64,000 nucleotides of DNA from a virus. Lineage: Duplodnaviria; Caudoviricetes. The number at the start of each line of letters is the position of its first letter. Position 1 is the first letter of the stretch. The position numbers and the translations under genes are program-made. The stretch is taken from the IMG/VR virus record IMGVR_UViG_3300037067_003476, positions 32,001-96,000 of that record; one strand, 5' to 3'. Under the pieces are notes generated by a model. That model searched no databases. It was not told the DNA's origin and was given only the letters and a program-made list of their open reading frames with translations. This document shows, piece by piece, positions 9,805 through 20,017 of this stretch.

Positions 9805-10319
9805 AAAGACCATCTTACGACGAATGGTATCTATTCATGGCATTTTGGATTTCTCGTCGAAGTCCAGATCCAAGCACCAAACACGGGTGTATATTTGTAG
9901 ACAAACATAATAGGCCAATATCATTTGGGTATAATGGATGCCCACCCAACACTAAGGACGATAAGGGTATTCTAAGCAACAGGCCACTAAAGTATTATAT
10001 AGTGATACATTCAGAAGAAAATGCCATAATAAATACGCCAAGATCAATTAGGGGATCAACGGCATATATCACTGGAGAACCATGTTCTAGATGCTTGTCA
10101 AAACTAATATCGGCTGGTGTATCGAGAATAGTGTTCGGCGCAACAAGGTCCAAGTGCATTTATGAGGATGCGCACGACAAAGAAGCCAAAAATATACTAC
10201 TAAGAAGTCATGACATTAAAATCGAGATGTTGCAAATGGATGTGAATACAATACGTGCAAATATCGATGCGATCTTCGGTATCGTAGAGGGTGACCAAAA
10301 TGCAGCTATCGAAGTATGA
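9792..10319 (+). CDS. dCMP deaminase
   Basis: RSPDPSTKHG, GYNG, HSEENAI, PCSRC. Confidence 0.93.
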   Translation: MLDIKRPSYDEWYLFMAFWISRRSPDPSTKHGCIFVDKHNRPISFGYNGCPPNTKDDKGILSNRPLKYYIVIHSEENAIINTPRSIRGSTAYITGEPCSRCLSKLISAGVSRIVFGATRSKCIYEDAHDKEAKNILLRSHDIKIEMLQMDVNTIRANIDAIFGIVEGDQNAAIEV

Positions 10320-12045
10320 ACCAACAGGTTTCGCTCTAACAATATTCAAAGATCGTTATGCGATACATGACAACGAAACATTTGATCAGGCGTGTCTGCG
10401 GGTAGCAGAATGCGTAGCCGCAGTTGAATGCGGAACCAAAAGAGACGAATTCAAAAGTAGATTCTATGATATAATGAGTACGAACAGATTTTCTCCAGGT
10501 GGTCGCATATGGTCTGGTGCTGGACGAGCACACGGCCATCTGTTAAACTGTTTTGTGCTAGATATTGAAGATTCTAGAGAGGGATGGGGGGAAGCGCTGC
10601 GTAGCGTAACCATCATTTCTGGAACTGGTGGTGGGGTTGGGTTATCTTTCGCTAAAATCAGGCCACGAGGAGCAAAGATCAAAAGCACTAATGGACGATC
10701 AACGGGATCTGTTAGTCTCATGCGATGTATTAATGCTGTTTGCAATGAATTGCGAAGCGGGGGCAATAGGCGAAGCGCTCTGTTGTTTGCTTTGCCGTAT
10801 TGGCATCCAGATATACCAGAATTCTTGAAGGCAAAGCTAGACGAGAACGAACTTACTAATGCCAACATATCTGTAACAATCGACGATGAGTTTCTAAAGC
10901 TGGTCAAGAACAATAGGGATGTTGTATTCGCCTGGGATGGAATACAATATGGAACAATGCCAGCAAAAAAGCTATGGGACAAAATAGTTCATAATGCATG
11001 GAATTGTGGAGATCCTGGAATAATCAATCTTGGATTAGCAAACGAGATGTCTAATATAGCCTATGACACTAAGTTAATAGCAACAAATCCATGTGGCGAA
11101 ATAGTTATGAACCATGGTGGGTCGTGCGATCTTGGGGCAATAGTATTACCAACACATGTTATTAATGGCAGGGTTAACTGGAAAATGCTTGCAGATACAG
11201 TAATGGTTAGTGTTAGATTTCTTGATAATGTAATAGATCGTAGCGACTATCCGCTATCTTTCATGAAGGAAGTCGCACAACAATATAGGAGAATCGGCCT
11301 TGGGGTTATGGGACTACACGATTTTATGTTGAAACTTGGAGTAAAGTATAGTAGCTCAGAGGCTCTTAGGTTGGTCGATAAGGTAATGGATTTCATTAAG
11401 AAAAAGGCTTATGAAACCAGTACATTTTTGGCTGTTGAAAAGGGATCTTTTCCAAAGCTAGATCGACGGCAATTCGTTGGTTCGCGATTTATCAAAAACC
11501 TGACTATCGGTATGAGAAATAAAATTCTTGAATACGGTATACGCAATTGTGCGATATTAACAATAGCTCCAACAGGAACGATTAGTATTGTTGCTGGTGT
11601 CTCTTCTGGAATAGAACCAATATTTTCTCCCGTCTACAAGATCAAATTCAATAAACACGAATCAGTAAATGGAAATGAAGTAGAGACCATCGTCCATCCA
11701 TTGCTACAAGAATTTCTTATGGCTGGCAAATCCATAGAGGTGTTTGAGGGCGCACACGACATATCTCCAGAACAGCATTGTCTAATCCAGGCGATGTGTC
11801 AGAAACATGTTTGCAATTCAATAAGCAAAACGATAAACCTGCCGAAAGATTATCCGATTCAGGAACTTAGTTCGATTGTTATGCGAAATGTTAGACATCT
11901 CAAGGGTATTACTATATACAGGGATGGAAGCAGGGGAGAAAGCCCGCTCACGCCAGTTCCAATTTGTTATGTCAAGGATCATATTAACGATTTTATAGCT
12001 GGTGCGTCAAATAACGACTGTCCTAGTGGCCAATGTAGTTTGTAA
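10300..12045 (+). CDS. nrdJ: class II (B12-dependent) ribonucleotide reductase
   Basis: FSPGGR, LNCFV, GGGVG, TNPCGE, CDLG, RIGLG, TIAPTGT, SKTIN, YRDGSR, C-terminal CPSGQC; no nrdB nearby. Confidence 0.9.
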   Translation: MQLSKYEPTGFALTIFKDRYAIHDNETFDQACLRVAECVAAVECGTKRDEFKSRFYDIMSTNRFSPGGRIWSGAGRAHGHLLNCFVLDIEDSREGWGEALRSVTIISGTGGGVGLSFAKIRPRGAKIKSTNGRSTGSVSLMRCINAVCNELRSGGNRRSALLFALPYWHPDIPEFLKAKLDENELTNANISVTIDDEFLKLVKNNRDVVFAWDGIQYGTMPAKKLWDKIVHNAWNCGDPGIINLGLANEMSNIAYDTKLIATNPCGEIVMNHGGSCDLGAIVLPTHVINGRVNWKMLADTVMVSVRFLDNVIDRSDYPLSFMKEVAQQYRRIGLGVMGLHDFMLKLGVKYSSSEALRLVDKVMDFIKKKAYETSTFLAVEKGSFPKLDRRQFVGSRFIKNLTIGMRNKILEYGIRNCAILTIAPTGTISIVAGVSSGIEPIFSPVYKIKFNKHESVNGNEVETIVHPLLQEFLMAGKSIEVFEGAHDISPEQHCLIQAMCQKHVCNSISKTINLPKDYPIQELSSIVMRNVRHLKGITIYRDGSRGESPLTPVPICYVKDHINDFIAGASNNDCPSGQCSL

Positions 12046-12055
12046 GAGGTGTTCT

Positions 12056-13231
12056 GTGGAAAAGCTAGAACAAGTGATCAAGATGGTGCAAGACGGTAAA
12101 AGCAGAGAGCAGATCCAGGATGCAACTGGTTTATCTATGTGGAAAACCAGACAACTTATTACACAAGCCCGCACAATCATATCGTCTGGCGCAAACACAA
12201 AAGATGTTTCTGTGGACGCGTTAGATCAGATCAAGGTGGACCAACAACTTGCCAAACTAAGATCTGCAAAGACGAAAACAGAGTCTAAGTACGCTAGGTT
12301 GGTCGAAGAGTTGAACAAAAAAGAGGAGTCCATAACAGAGATAATTGAGTTATCAAAAAACGTACACGACACAAAACCGATAAGGATCAAGGTTGATCGC
12401 GGAGATACGGACTCTCATTCAACCGCCTTTATTGTGGCGTCTGATTGGCACCTTGAGGAGGTAGTTAATCCCAAAACAGTCGAGGGTGTCAATGACTTCA
12501 ATCTAGCTATTGCAATTGATCGTGTTAATAGGATGTGGAGAAATGGTCTCAAATTGATAGAAATGACAAGATCAAAGTCTAGAATAGACACACTTGTTGT
12601 ACCATTGCTTGGAGACCTAATGGCCGGATACATCCACGAAGAGTTGCTGGAAAGCAATTCGTTGTCTCCGATACAGTCCGCGCTCAAGATCTTTGAGCTA
12701 GTATCTAGTGGCATTGATTTTCTACTGGAAAACGGTGGGTTCTCTAGGATTGTGGTACCGTGCTGCATAGGTAACCACGGCAGAACAACACAGAAACCCA
12801 AGGTGTCAACGGCAAACATCAATAGCTATGAATGGCTGATATACAACTTCCTTGCGTCCAGATACATGAACAATCCTAAGGTTATTTTCAGGGTTGCAGA
12901 CGGGTATTTCAGCTATCTCGAAGTGTACAACATGACAATCCGATTTCATCACGGCGATGGCATTCGATACAATGGCGGCGTTGGCGGAGTACATATTCCA
13001 CTGAACAAGGCTATTGCGCAATGGAACAAATTCAACCACGCAGACCTAGATGTGCTAGGACACTGGCATTGTCGTATGTCTGGTAGCGACTACGTTGTGA
13101 ATGGTTCTGTCGTCGGGTACAATGCGTACTCAATCAGAATCAAGGCTGACTTCCAGCCACCGTGCCAATCGTTCTTTTTGATTCACCCGAATAAGGGGAA
13201 GACGGTAGAAGCGCCAATTTATGTAACGTGA
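12056..13231 (+). CDS. HTH + coiled coil + calcineurin-like metallophosphoesterase
   Basis: SDWH, LGDL, GNHG, HHGD, GHWH motifs. Confidence 0.82.
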   Translation: MEKLEQVIKMVQDGKSREQIQDATGLSMWKTRQLITQARTIISSGANTKDVSVDALDQIKVDQQLAKLRSAKTKTESKYARLVEELNKKEESITEIIELSKNVHDTKPIRIKVDRGDTDSHSTAFIVASDWHLEEVVNPKTVEGVNDFNLAIAIDRVNRMWRNGLKLIEMTRSKSRIDTLVVPLLGDLMAGYIHEELLESNSLSPIQSALKIFELVSSGIDFLLENGGFSRIVVPCCIGNHGRTTQKPKVSTANINSYEWLIYNFLASRYMNNPKVIFRVADGYFSYLEVYNMTIRFHHGDGIRYNGGVGGVHIPLNKAIAQWNKFNHADLDVLGHWHCRMSGSDYVVNGSVVGYNAYSIRIKADFQPPCQSFFLIHPNKGKTVEAPIYVT

Positions 13232-14004
13232 TTTCTCTATATATGAAATACCACATAGTAACATATTGTTCGTCCGGCTATGCTGATTGTCTCAGATCTA
13301 CTATCAGTAGCTGGTTAGATAATGGAGAGATGGAACAGATATTGGTTTACTCAGATTCGGCAATAGACATTGGTATCAAAGACACAAGGGTGCTTATTAA
13401 CAATATATTTGTACGGCCAAAAATTGCCAGCACACATTACACAAATAAGGCAGTGGCAGTTTTGGATGCCATGCAGCGTATCGACAATATCTTAATGCTT
13501 GATACAGATTGTCTGATAGTCAGTACGCCAAAACAGTTTTTCAGTAGAAGCTTTGATGTCGCCCCGACGTTGTGGGGCATAGATACAAATCACATAGTAA
13601 CTAAAGACAGTTTTTGTGGCAAGCGCAATAAGATGTGGAATGATGTAAGTGCCGGCGCATTGTTTGTTCACAACACACCTAGCGCAAGAGTATTTATAGA
13701 AGAATGGGTGCGTGTTCAGAATGGATTAATCAAAGAGAAGATGTTCCGAGGGTATATTTCTAATAACGTGGATCAAAAGGCGTTAACACAAATTTGTCGT
13801 CATGCGATAGATACTGGTGATATCAACATTGTAGCTGCGAATGCAAGGATCTTTAACAATTATCCTGGAACACGATATCCAAGAGATATGCTGAAGTGGA
13901 TCAACGGGGTGTGTACTGATACCAAGATATTACATTTGGCTCATGGGATCTGGGATAGGAAAGAAGTTGTCGATAGTGTTGCGAGGATGATTTATGGCAA
14001 ATAA
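13228..14004 (+). CDS. nucleotide-diphospho-sugar transferase (GT-A, GT77/GT34-like)
   Basis: LDTDC (DxD), SAGALF, DQKAL, FNNYP, KILH. Confidence 0.72.
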   Translation: MISLYMKYHIVTYCSSGYADCLRSTISSWLDNGEMEQILVYSDSAIDIGIKDTRVLINNIFVRPKIASTHYTNKAVAVLDAMQRIDNILMLDTDCLIVSTPKQFFSRSFDVAPTLWGIDTNHIVTKDSFCGKRNKMWNDVSAGALFVHNTPSARVFIEEWVRVQNGLIKEKMFRGYISNNVDQKALTQICRHAIDTGDINIVAANARIFNNYPGTRYPRDMLKWINGVCTDTKILHLAHGIWDRKEVVDSVARMIYGK

Positions 14005-14932
14005 AGTTGCATGGTCTGAAAGTCGTATCAAAAAATTTAGAGAATGTCCGCGAGCATATTGGTTTTCGTATTACCTATCGAACAATGGATGGAGACCGGA
14101 CGCCTCTGAACGAAGCAAATTGGCGTACAGATTAAAAAAGATCACTAATCTTGCTATGTGGTGCGGAAGTGTTGTTCATAACGTAATAGAATTTGCTATT
14201 AAGTCAAAATTATCGACTGGAATACTAACTTCACCAAGCGATATGAAGTCAAAAGCGATTAAGATGTTTAGAGATGGTTGGAAAGAATCTATCACAAAGG
14301 AATGGATGAATAGACCAAGTAAGGCGGTTAATCTAGCAGAACATTATTTCAAAACTGGTGCGAGTAACGACCAAGCAAAAACTATAAAAGACAAGGCCAT
14401 GAAATGTATTGACAACCTACACCTTACTGCTCATTGGGATAACTTGATGTCTCTACAAAGGGATGACATATTTCCAGTTGAGCAGTTTGCTACATTTAAT
14501 CTTACTGGCGGCGAGCCGGTTATGGTTAAATTAGACGCAGCATATAAATATCATGATAGTGTAGTCCTTGTAGACTGGAAAACCGGCAAACCGAACGATT
14601 TTATTTCTGAGCAAATGATGACATACGCAATGTTCGCCCTCAAGTCCGGATGGACCAAACGAGTTGGCAATATCCTCTTATCACCAGTTTTTCTTGGTTC
14701 AGAAAAACAATGGGATGTTGAGACAACGATAAAAGTAGATATGGATCGACTTAAGGCACAAGCAGATGTCATCAAACGAGAACAGCATATTCTTGATGAG
14801 ATAGATTCATATAGCGACGATGAGTCACGATTCGCCGCTACAGGCAACACATACACATGTACTAGTTGTAATTTTAGAACAATATGTCCAAGACAAGGGA
14901 ATTACACCTGTGTCGAAACACCATTTGACTAA
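13994..14932 (+). CDS. PD-(D/E)XK exonuclease, AddB/Cas4-like with Fe-S cysteines
   Basis: ECPRAY, KLD, LVDWKTG, Q...YA, CTSCNFRTIC. Confidence 0.85.
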   Translation: MANKVAWSESRIKKFRECPRAYWFSYYLSNNGWRPDASERSKLAYRLKKITNLAMWCGSVVHNVIEFAIKSKLSTGILTSPSDMKSKAIKMFRDGWKESITKEWMNRPSKAVNLAEHYFKTGASNDQAKTIKDKAMKCIDNLHLTAHWDNLMSLQRDDIFPVEQFATFNLTGGEPVMVKLDAAYKYHDSVVLVDWKTGKPNDFISEQMMTYAMFALKSGWTKRVGNILLSPVFLGSEKQWDVETTIKVDMDRLKAQADVIKREQHILDEIDSYSDDESRFAATGNTYTCTSCNFRTICPRQGNYTCVETPFD

Positions 14933-15242
14933 AATAGACATCGCCCGTAAGCCAATAACATTTACTCGTTGCGACGAAAGACGTGAAGTGTTCGCACCAT
15001 CTTGGGATTTGCTTAATAGCTACAAGGGCAACTTCATATCGTGGGAAGAATATATTGTCAGGTATACCGAAGAGATGAGGAGTGCTTACAGAAACAACAA
15101 ACAGGCGTTTGTAGACATGGCAAAACGCCTAGACCGAGTTGAGTTTGTGTGTTGGTGTAGTAAGACACCAACTAAACAGTGTCATCGTTTTCTCTTGTGT
15201 AGTTTTCTGGAGAAAGTTAGGTTATGTCTAAAACGGCAGTAA
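14910..15242 (+). CDS. DUF488-like protein
   Basis: FAPSWDLL..YK...WEEY..RY..EM, CWC...CHRFLL; start uncertain. Confidence 0.62.
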   Translation: MSKHHLTKIDIARKPITFTRCDERREVFAPSWDLLNSYKGNFISWEEYIVRYTEEMRSAYRNNKQAFVDMAKRLDRVEFVCWCSKTPTKQCHRFLLCSFLEKVRLCLKRQ

Positions 15243-15625
15243 TGTATTTTGACGGTGGTGTGCGGGACGACAAAATAGCCATGGGGTTTGTTGTATATCA
15301 TGTCGATGACAGATCAATGGTCTGGTTTGAGGATTATGGAAAGTGTGGAACTGGAACCAGCAATGTAGCGGAATACAGGGGGTTGCTTTCTGGCTTAGCG
15401 GCTTGTATAAAAAACCGCATTGATGTTGTATATATTTTCAGCGACAGCCAACTGGTTACCAATCAGGTTAATCAGGTATGGAAAGTCAGAAATGACACAT
15501 TGCGAAAACACAGAAATAAGGCACTAGAATTATTGTCGCATTTCAAGGAGTGGAATATATCGTGGGTTCCTAGAGAGAAAAACGTGTATGCTGATAGGCT
15601 TGTAAAGCTAGCATTTGGAGGATAG
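15224..15625 (+). CDS. ribonuclease HI-like protein
   Basis: YFDGG, TSNVAEY, SDSQLV..Q, WVPREKN..AD. Confidence 0.9.
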   Translation: MSKTAVMYFDGGVRDDKIAMGFVVYHVDDRSMVWFEDYGKCGTGTSNVAEYRGLLSGLAACIKNRIDVVYIFSDSQLVTNQVNQVWKVRNDTLRKHRNKALELLSHFKEWNISWVPREKNVYADRLVKLAFGG

Positions 15626-15628
15626 AGC

Positions 15629-16162
15629 ATGTTTAAGATAGTGTTAACAACAATTGTTTTTATGACCTTGGTCTGTACGAATTTTTCTTGTGTGGATGCC
15701 GATGCGAAAGTTGGTGTTGTTGGCGAACAACTAACAAGAATTGTCGACCAAAACGCGTCGATTAGTAACAAGTTAAATGACATTGACGAATTAACACAAT
15801 CTTTCAAACAACAACTTGTTGATAAAATGGACGTTATGCATAAGGAAATAAGTGCTGAAACCATCAATTATGGAGGCGCTGGCTGGGTTGTATTGGGAGC
15901 CACCGCTGTTGTTATCGTTTTTTTGCTAGCTGGAATTGGTATTGTACTCATCTTTGTTCGCAACTCGTTTAAGCTAAAGGGATTATTGACCCTAGTGACC
16001 TCTGCTATACAAAATAGTCCAAGCTATGCTTGCAACAAAGTAAAGGCAGAAATCGAAAAACAAACCGAAAACGGTGGTCCATTTGGATTAAAGCACAAGA
16101 AAATGTTGCGCGAGTTCACTGAAAAGGTAGGAACCTTTGCTGTCAAGACAAAAATTGAGTAG
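15629..16162 (+). CDS. membrane protein (signal/lipoprotein N-terminus, coiled coil, internal TM helix)
   Basis: Hydrophobic N-terminus ending FSC; TM GWVVLGATAVVIVFLLAGIGIVLIFV. Confidence 0.65.
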   Translation: MFKIVLTTIVFMTLVCTNFSCVDADAKVGVVGEQLTRIVDQNASISNKLNDIDELTQSFKQQLVDKMDVMHKEISAETINYGGAGWVVLGATAVVIVFLLAGIGIVLIFVRNSFKLKGLLTLVTSAIQNSPSYACNKVKAEIEKQTENGGPFGLKHKKMLREFTEKVGTFAVKTKIE

Positions 16163-16189
16163 TCAGGCAGTATACTGTAGAGGGGCATA

Positions 16190-16501
16190 ATGCCAACATA
16201 CCAATACGTTTGCGATAACTGCGGTTATGAAGCAGAGATACGACAAAGCATAAAAGACGACGCTATCACGCGTTGCGATAAATGCAAGACAGAAAATCTC
16301 AGGAGGATTATTAGCGGTGGCGTTATTGCGATAGTTAAGAGCACGGGCAACCCAGTGATGTTAAACCAAAATGATGGTGTCGCTAATAAGCGAAGCAAGA
16401 AACGAAAGAAACTCGCTAGGCCATGGTGGCGCAATAGCGATAAGATTAATACGAAGATACTGCAAAATCCAAGGCGATACATCGAAACCGGAGAGGCGTG
16501 A
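16190..16501 (+). CDS. FmdB-family zinc-ribbon protein
   Basis: MPTYQYVCDNCG...CDKC....LRRIIS. Confidence 0.85.
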   Translation: MPTYQYVCDNCGYEAEIRQSIKDDAITRCDKCKTENLRRIISGGVIAIVKSTGNPVMLNQNDGVANKRSKKRKKLARPWWRNSDKINTKILQNPRRYIETGEA

Positions 16502-16794
16502 TGCGGATTAATATGAGCAATGGTGTTTTGGGAAATCAAGTCAACAAAGTTGCAAAAGTAGTTGTCAAGTGTCTTAGTTGTAATAGGCCGTTATTTGATA
16601 TAATCGTAACGAATGAAGATTCTTCGTCGTGCAAAATTGTCGGCAAATGCGGGTTTTGTGGTGGATCGTCTATCAAGCACGTTGTTAACGGTAGATTTTA
16701 TGTTGGGTCTTGTGATAGCAATATTGATTTAGATGTACTAGACGAGTTAGACAACGACACGCAAGTAGTTCTGGCCAAAAGGAGCGCGCAATGA
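16498..16794 (+). CDS. hypothetical zinc-ribbon protein
   Basis: CLSC...CGFC. Confidence 0.6.
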   Translation: MMRINMSNGVLGNQVNKVAKVVVKCLSCNRPLFDIIVTNEDSSSCKIVGKCGFCGGSSIKHVVNGRFYVGSCDSNIDLDVLDELDNDTQVVLAKRSAQ

Positions 16795-17081
16795 TTTTCG
16801 TTACGCAAGATGGTGTGCCTCGCAGATCTCCACCAAAATCGGAAACCATATTCGCAAAAGCCGGAACAGACGGAGTGTGTTATGTGTTATGCTCCGTTGA
16901 TGGGCGACTTTTCAATCCGTTTACAATGAACAATGTTAATAAGCAGGATAAAGAACGAGGAGAACCTGTATTTAAGCTTAGAAAGTGTAGCCAAAAATGC
17001 TACCAATATTATGTGACATTCCTAAGAACAAAAAATCATACACATTTCGTAATAGCAGAAAGAGAGGCAGTTAATGGATAG
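16791..17081 (+). CDS. hypothetical protein
   Basis: Coupled ATGA overlap; SD AGGAG. Confidence 0.6.
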   Translation: MIFVTQDGVPRRSPPKSETIFAKAGTDGVCYVLCSVDGRLFNPFTMNNVNKQDKERGEPVFKLRKCSQKCYQYYVTFLRTKNHTHFVIAEREAVNG

Positions 17082-17337
17082 TTCAAAAGATGTCGTCGCT
17101 CAGTTACGCAAGTTTCTTGAAGATTCTACGGTTAACCTGTCTAGGAAAACCTCTAAAAACAGGGCCGAATTTATCAATACCGTTATTGGGTATGTCAATA
17201 GGTTAGCACCAAACTCCAGCACGGATTCTAAGACAGACGACAAGATTGTTCGTTTTGTTGGCAAGGTGCCATCGGCTGCGACTGCGGTTAAGGGCGTAGT
17301 TGTTATGACAAGACAGATGTCTCAACACGGAGAATGA
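17074..17337 (+). CDS. hypothetical protein
   Basis: Overlapping operonic ORF with SD. Confidence 0.55.
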   Translation: MDSSKDVVAQLRKFLEDSTVNLSRKTSKNRAEFINTVIGYVNRLAPNSSTDSKTDDKIVRFVGKVPSAATAVKGVVVMTRQMSQHGE

Positions 17338-17340
17338 TCA

Positions 17341-17751
17341 ATGGTCGCGTTTGAGGTAAATGAGCACACTCCTAGACTAAGGTTTTTGGCATCATTATCT
17401 GACGGTCGTACAGTTATTCAGGATGATCTATCTGGACAACCACATGCATGGCATAGACTTGGACAGTTTCTTAAAGATAATCCCGGCGTTAAAATAACAA
17501 TGTTGCGGCTACAGCTTGTTGAAGGTGGTGGAGTAAGGGAATGGAGTACGCCGCCGCAGCAACCAGGATACATATATGGCTTCAAAGGGCAGGCCATTTT
17601 TGGAGCAGCACAATCCCATGCGGTTGGCATAGGATACTACGATGGTGTAACATGTCTCATTAACTGGATTAAACTACCAGATATGCGAGAAAGTTACTAC
17701 GAAGAACAGACTAGGGAAAAGTGTGGATTTAAGCTGATCTCCAATGAATAA
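17341..17751 (+). CDS. hypothetical protein
   Basis: Operonic ORF. Confidence 0.6.
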   Translation: MVAFEVNEHTPRLRFLASLSDGRTVIQDDLSGQPHAWHRLGQFLKDNPGVKITMLRLQLVEGGGVREWSTPPQQPGYIYGFKGQAIFGAAQSHAVGIGYYDGVTCLINWIKLPDMRESYYEEQTREKCGFKLISNE

Positions 17752-18244
17752 ACCGTTCACTTCACCAACTACCCCCGGACTCTCCGTTTCATTCGCAGAC
17801 TACGTTGTAGAATTAGTATGTCTGAATATGGAAAAAAATCTACCACAAAGATTTTGGAGAGATAATAAATACTGGGGTAAGAAATACGGCAGGGAGAGAA
17901 TGGGGTTTAGCAAGTTCGCTAAGCTATACGATAACCTGGACGACCCAACTATGCAAAGAGCTATTATTAATGCGGTTAAAATACTTGGCAACAAATCGTT
18001 ACTGGTAGAAAAAACACTACAGGCACTTGACAGAATTGCAAGAAAACAATACGATAAGCTGATAGCAGAAAAGACATCTTTGGCGATGTGTTGTACAGAA
18101 ACTAAGTGCGATACTGATTACATGCAAGCAAATATAGCCATTACGAACATAGATACAAATCACCGAAGCAGGCTAAATAGAATATTGGAGATCGAACAAA
18201 GTGGCCAAAAAGAAAATCGACCAGACAACCAACAAGACATTTGA
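17744..18244 (+). CDS. hypothetical protein
   Basis: Operonic ORF directly upstream of recA. Confidence 0.6.
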   Translation: MNKPFTSPTTPGLSVSFADYVVELVCLNMEKNLPQRFWRDNKYWGKKYGRERMGFSKFAKLYDNLDDPTMQRAIINAVKILGNKSLLVEKTLQALDRIARKQYDKLIAEKTSLAMCCTETKCDTDYMQANIAITNIDTNHRSRLNRILEIEQSGQKENRPDNQQDI

Positions 18245-19229
18245 TTCTATTATCGACGATATGTTCGGCAAGGGACTTGTTATCCAAGCCGATGTTCTTG
18301 TTGATCGACCGCGAAAAATATTGTCCACGGCATTGTCGCTGGATATCGCACTGAGCGGAGGTATCCCAGAAGGCAAGGTTGTTTTTCTGTCTGGCAAACC
18401 AAAGGCTGGAAAGACAACACTATGTCTACATATATTGTCGAACGCAATTAAAGCCAACAGAAGGGCCATTTATTTTGACATAGAAAGACGGTGTGATCCA
18501 GCCCTTATTAGAACAATACGCGACTTGGATGCGTCACGACTAACTATCGTGCGGTCAAATATGGAAAAGGTATTGAGTGCAGAGGAATGGTTGCAGTCTA
18601 TCGAGCGTGCGATCAAAGACGAACCCGGTTCTGTGATAGTAATAGATAGTCTAGCTATGCTATCGACACTATCTGAACAATCGGAATTGACTGGCGAAAA
18701 CCACGATATGGCTGGTGTTCCAAAGTTACTAGCGTCATTTTTTAGAAAGGTGAAGGATTATGTAGATATTAACAATAATATCGTTATCTTCTTGTCTCAG
18801 TACCAAACCAACAGGGATCGTGGAAGTCAAAAGAAATTTAACGAAAAGGGTGGAATGGGCATCCAGTACGCATGTTCTGTTTGGATAAATGTAGACTGGT
18901 TTAAGTTGTGGGATAGAGATAGCAGCGGCTCTGTGCATGGCCAGGATATATGTTGCACCATTAGGGCATCGGCCCTTGGTAGACCATTTATTCCATGTAG
19001 TATACCGTTACGATTTGGATTCGGCATTGATACGGAAATGGATACGATAACACACGCAGAAAATCTTGGCATAATAGAAAAGTCTGGATCTTGGTATACG
19101 ATTCCGTCGTTGACAGAGGATAAGTTTCAGGGACTAGAAAACCTTAGAAACTTCCTTATCTCCAATCGTGATATAGCCTACAAACTAGAGCAAAATATTC
19201 GTTCAACGGTTTTATGCGATGCAAGTTAA
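18201..19229 (+). CDS. recA: RecA/UvsX-like recombinase
   Basis: SLDIALSGGIPEG, Walker A GKPKAGKTT, VIVIDSLA, GG..IQY, EKSGSWY. Confidence 0.92.
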   Translation: MAKKKIDQTTNKTFDSIIDDMFGKGLVIQADVLVDRPRKILSTALSLDIALSGGIPEGKVVFLSGKPKAGKTTLCLHILSNAIKANRRAIYFDIERRCDPALIRTIRDLDASRLTIVRSNMEKVLSAEEWLQSIERAIKDEPGSVIVIDSLAMLSTLSEQSELTGENHDMAGVPKLLASFFRKVKDYVDINNNIVIFLSQYQTNRDRGSQKKFNEKGGMGIQYACSVWINVDWFKLWDRDSSGSVHGQDICCTIRASALGRPFIPCSIPLRFGFGIDTEMDTITHAENLGIIEKSGSWYTIPSLTEDKFQGLENLRNFLISNRDIAYKLEQNIRSTVLCDAS

Positions 19230-19608
19230 ATTACTAGATGGAACTACCCAGAAAATCGATCTGAAAAAATACCTAATGAAAGATACATCCAGATCAAATT
19301 TTCAATTAGGTGTCGGGAACATACTAAAAAGTCATTATCCAATGGACGTTATTTTGGAAGAGGTTTATATTCGTGGCGAGAAACTTGTTTTGGATTTTTT
19401 TATCCCATCAAGGAGGTTGGCTGTTGAGTGTAATGGCATTCAACATTCCAAATTTGTAAAGTTTTTTCACGGAACAATTAAAGGGTTCCATAACCAACAG
19501 GATAGAGATGTGCGTAAAAGAGAATGGTGTCGATTGAATAATATAAGGCTCATCGAAGTAAGCGCAACAATGTCGTTAAGCGAAATAGTTTGTTTGTTGG
19601 GAAGTTAA
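19219..19608 (+). CDS. DUF559/Vsr-like endonuclease
   Basis: LDFFIP, AVECNGIQH, RD..K.EWC..NNIRLIE. Confidence 0.75.
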   Translation: MQVKLLDGTTQKIDLKKYLMKDTSRSNFQLGVGNILKSHYPMDVILEEVYIRGEKLVLDFFIPSRRLAVECNGIQHSKFVKFFHGTIKGFHNQQDRDVRKREWCRLNNIRLIEVSATMSLSEIVCLLGS

Positions 19609-19609
19609 T

Positions 19610-20017
19610 ATGCTAAAAGAAAACGCAGCGTCGTTAGAAACTGTGTTGTCTACGTGGGAAAAAAACATTGGTCTTCCAACCGCAGAACCGAATTTAGATG
19701 CGGTTAACGACGTAATCAATATTAGCCGCGATAAATTAGCCGAGATGACCGGACGAGAAGCGGCAGAATCTGCATTTATAGTTTCCGTATTGGCAATGAG
19801 TATTCAATACAAGTATAATCAATGCAAAACACTAAGTAGGTGGTGTGACGCTAATAGGAACGGTTTTTTTGGAGACGATAAGTCAAGGCTATATAACATG
19901 AAGCAGAATGTTGAATTGAAAATGTCTCGTATAGAATTCATGGCAAAGAGGCTAGAGTTCATATCACAATGCCTAATGTCAGTTCAAAGAAGTAGGTTTG
20001 GGGAGAGTGCGAAATGA
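19610..20017 (+). CDS. hypothetical helical protein (possible recombination mediator)
   Basis: Helical/coiled-coil character; lies between recA and dnaB. Confidence 0.5.
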   Translation: MLKENAASLETVLSTWEKNIGLPTAEPNLDAVNDVINISRDKLAEMTGREAAESAFIVSVLAMSIQYKYNQCKTLSRWCDANRNGFFGDDKSRLYNMKQNVELKMSRIEFMAKRLEFISQCLMSVQRSRFGESAK

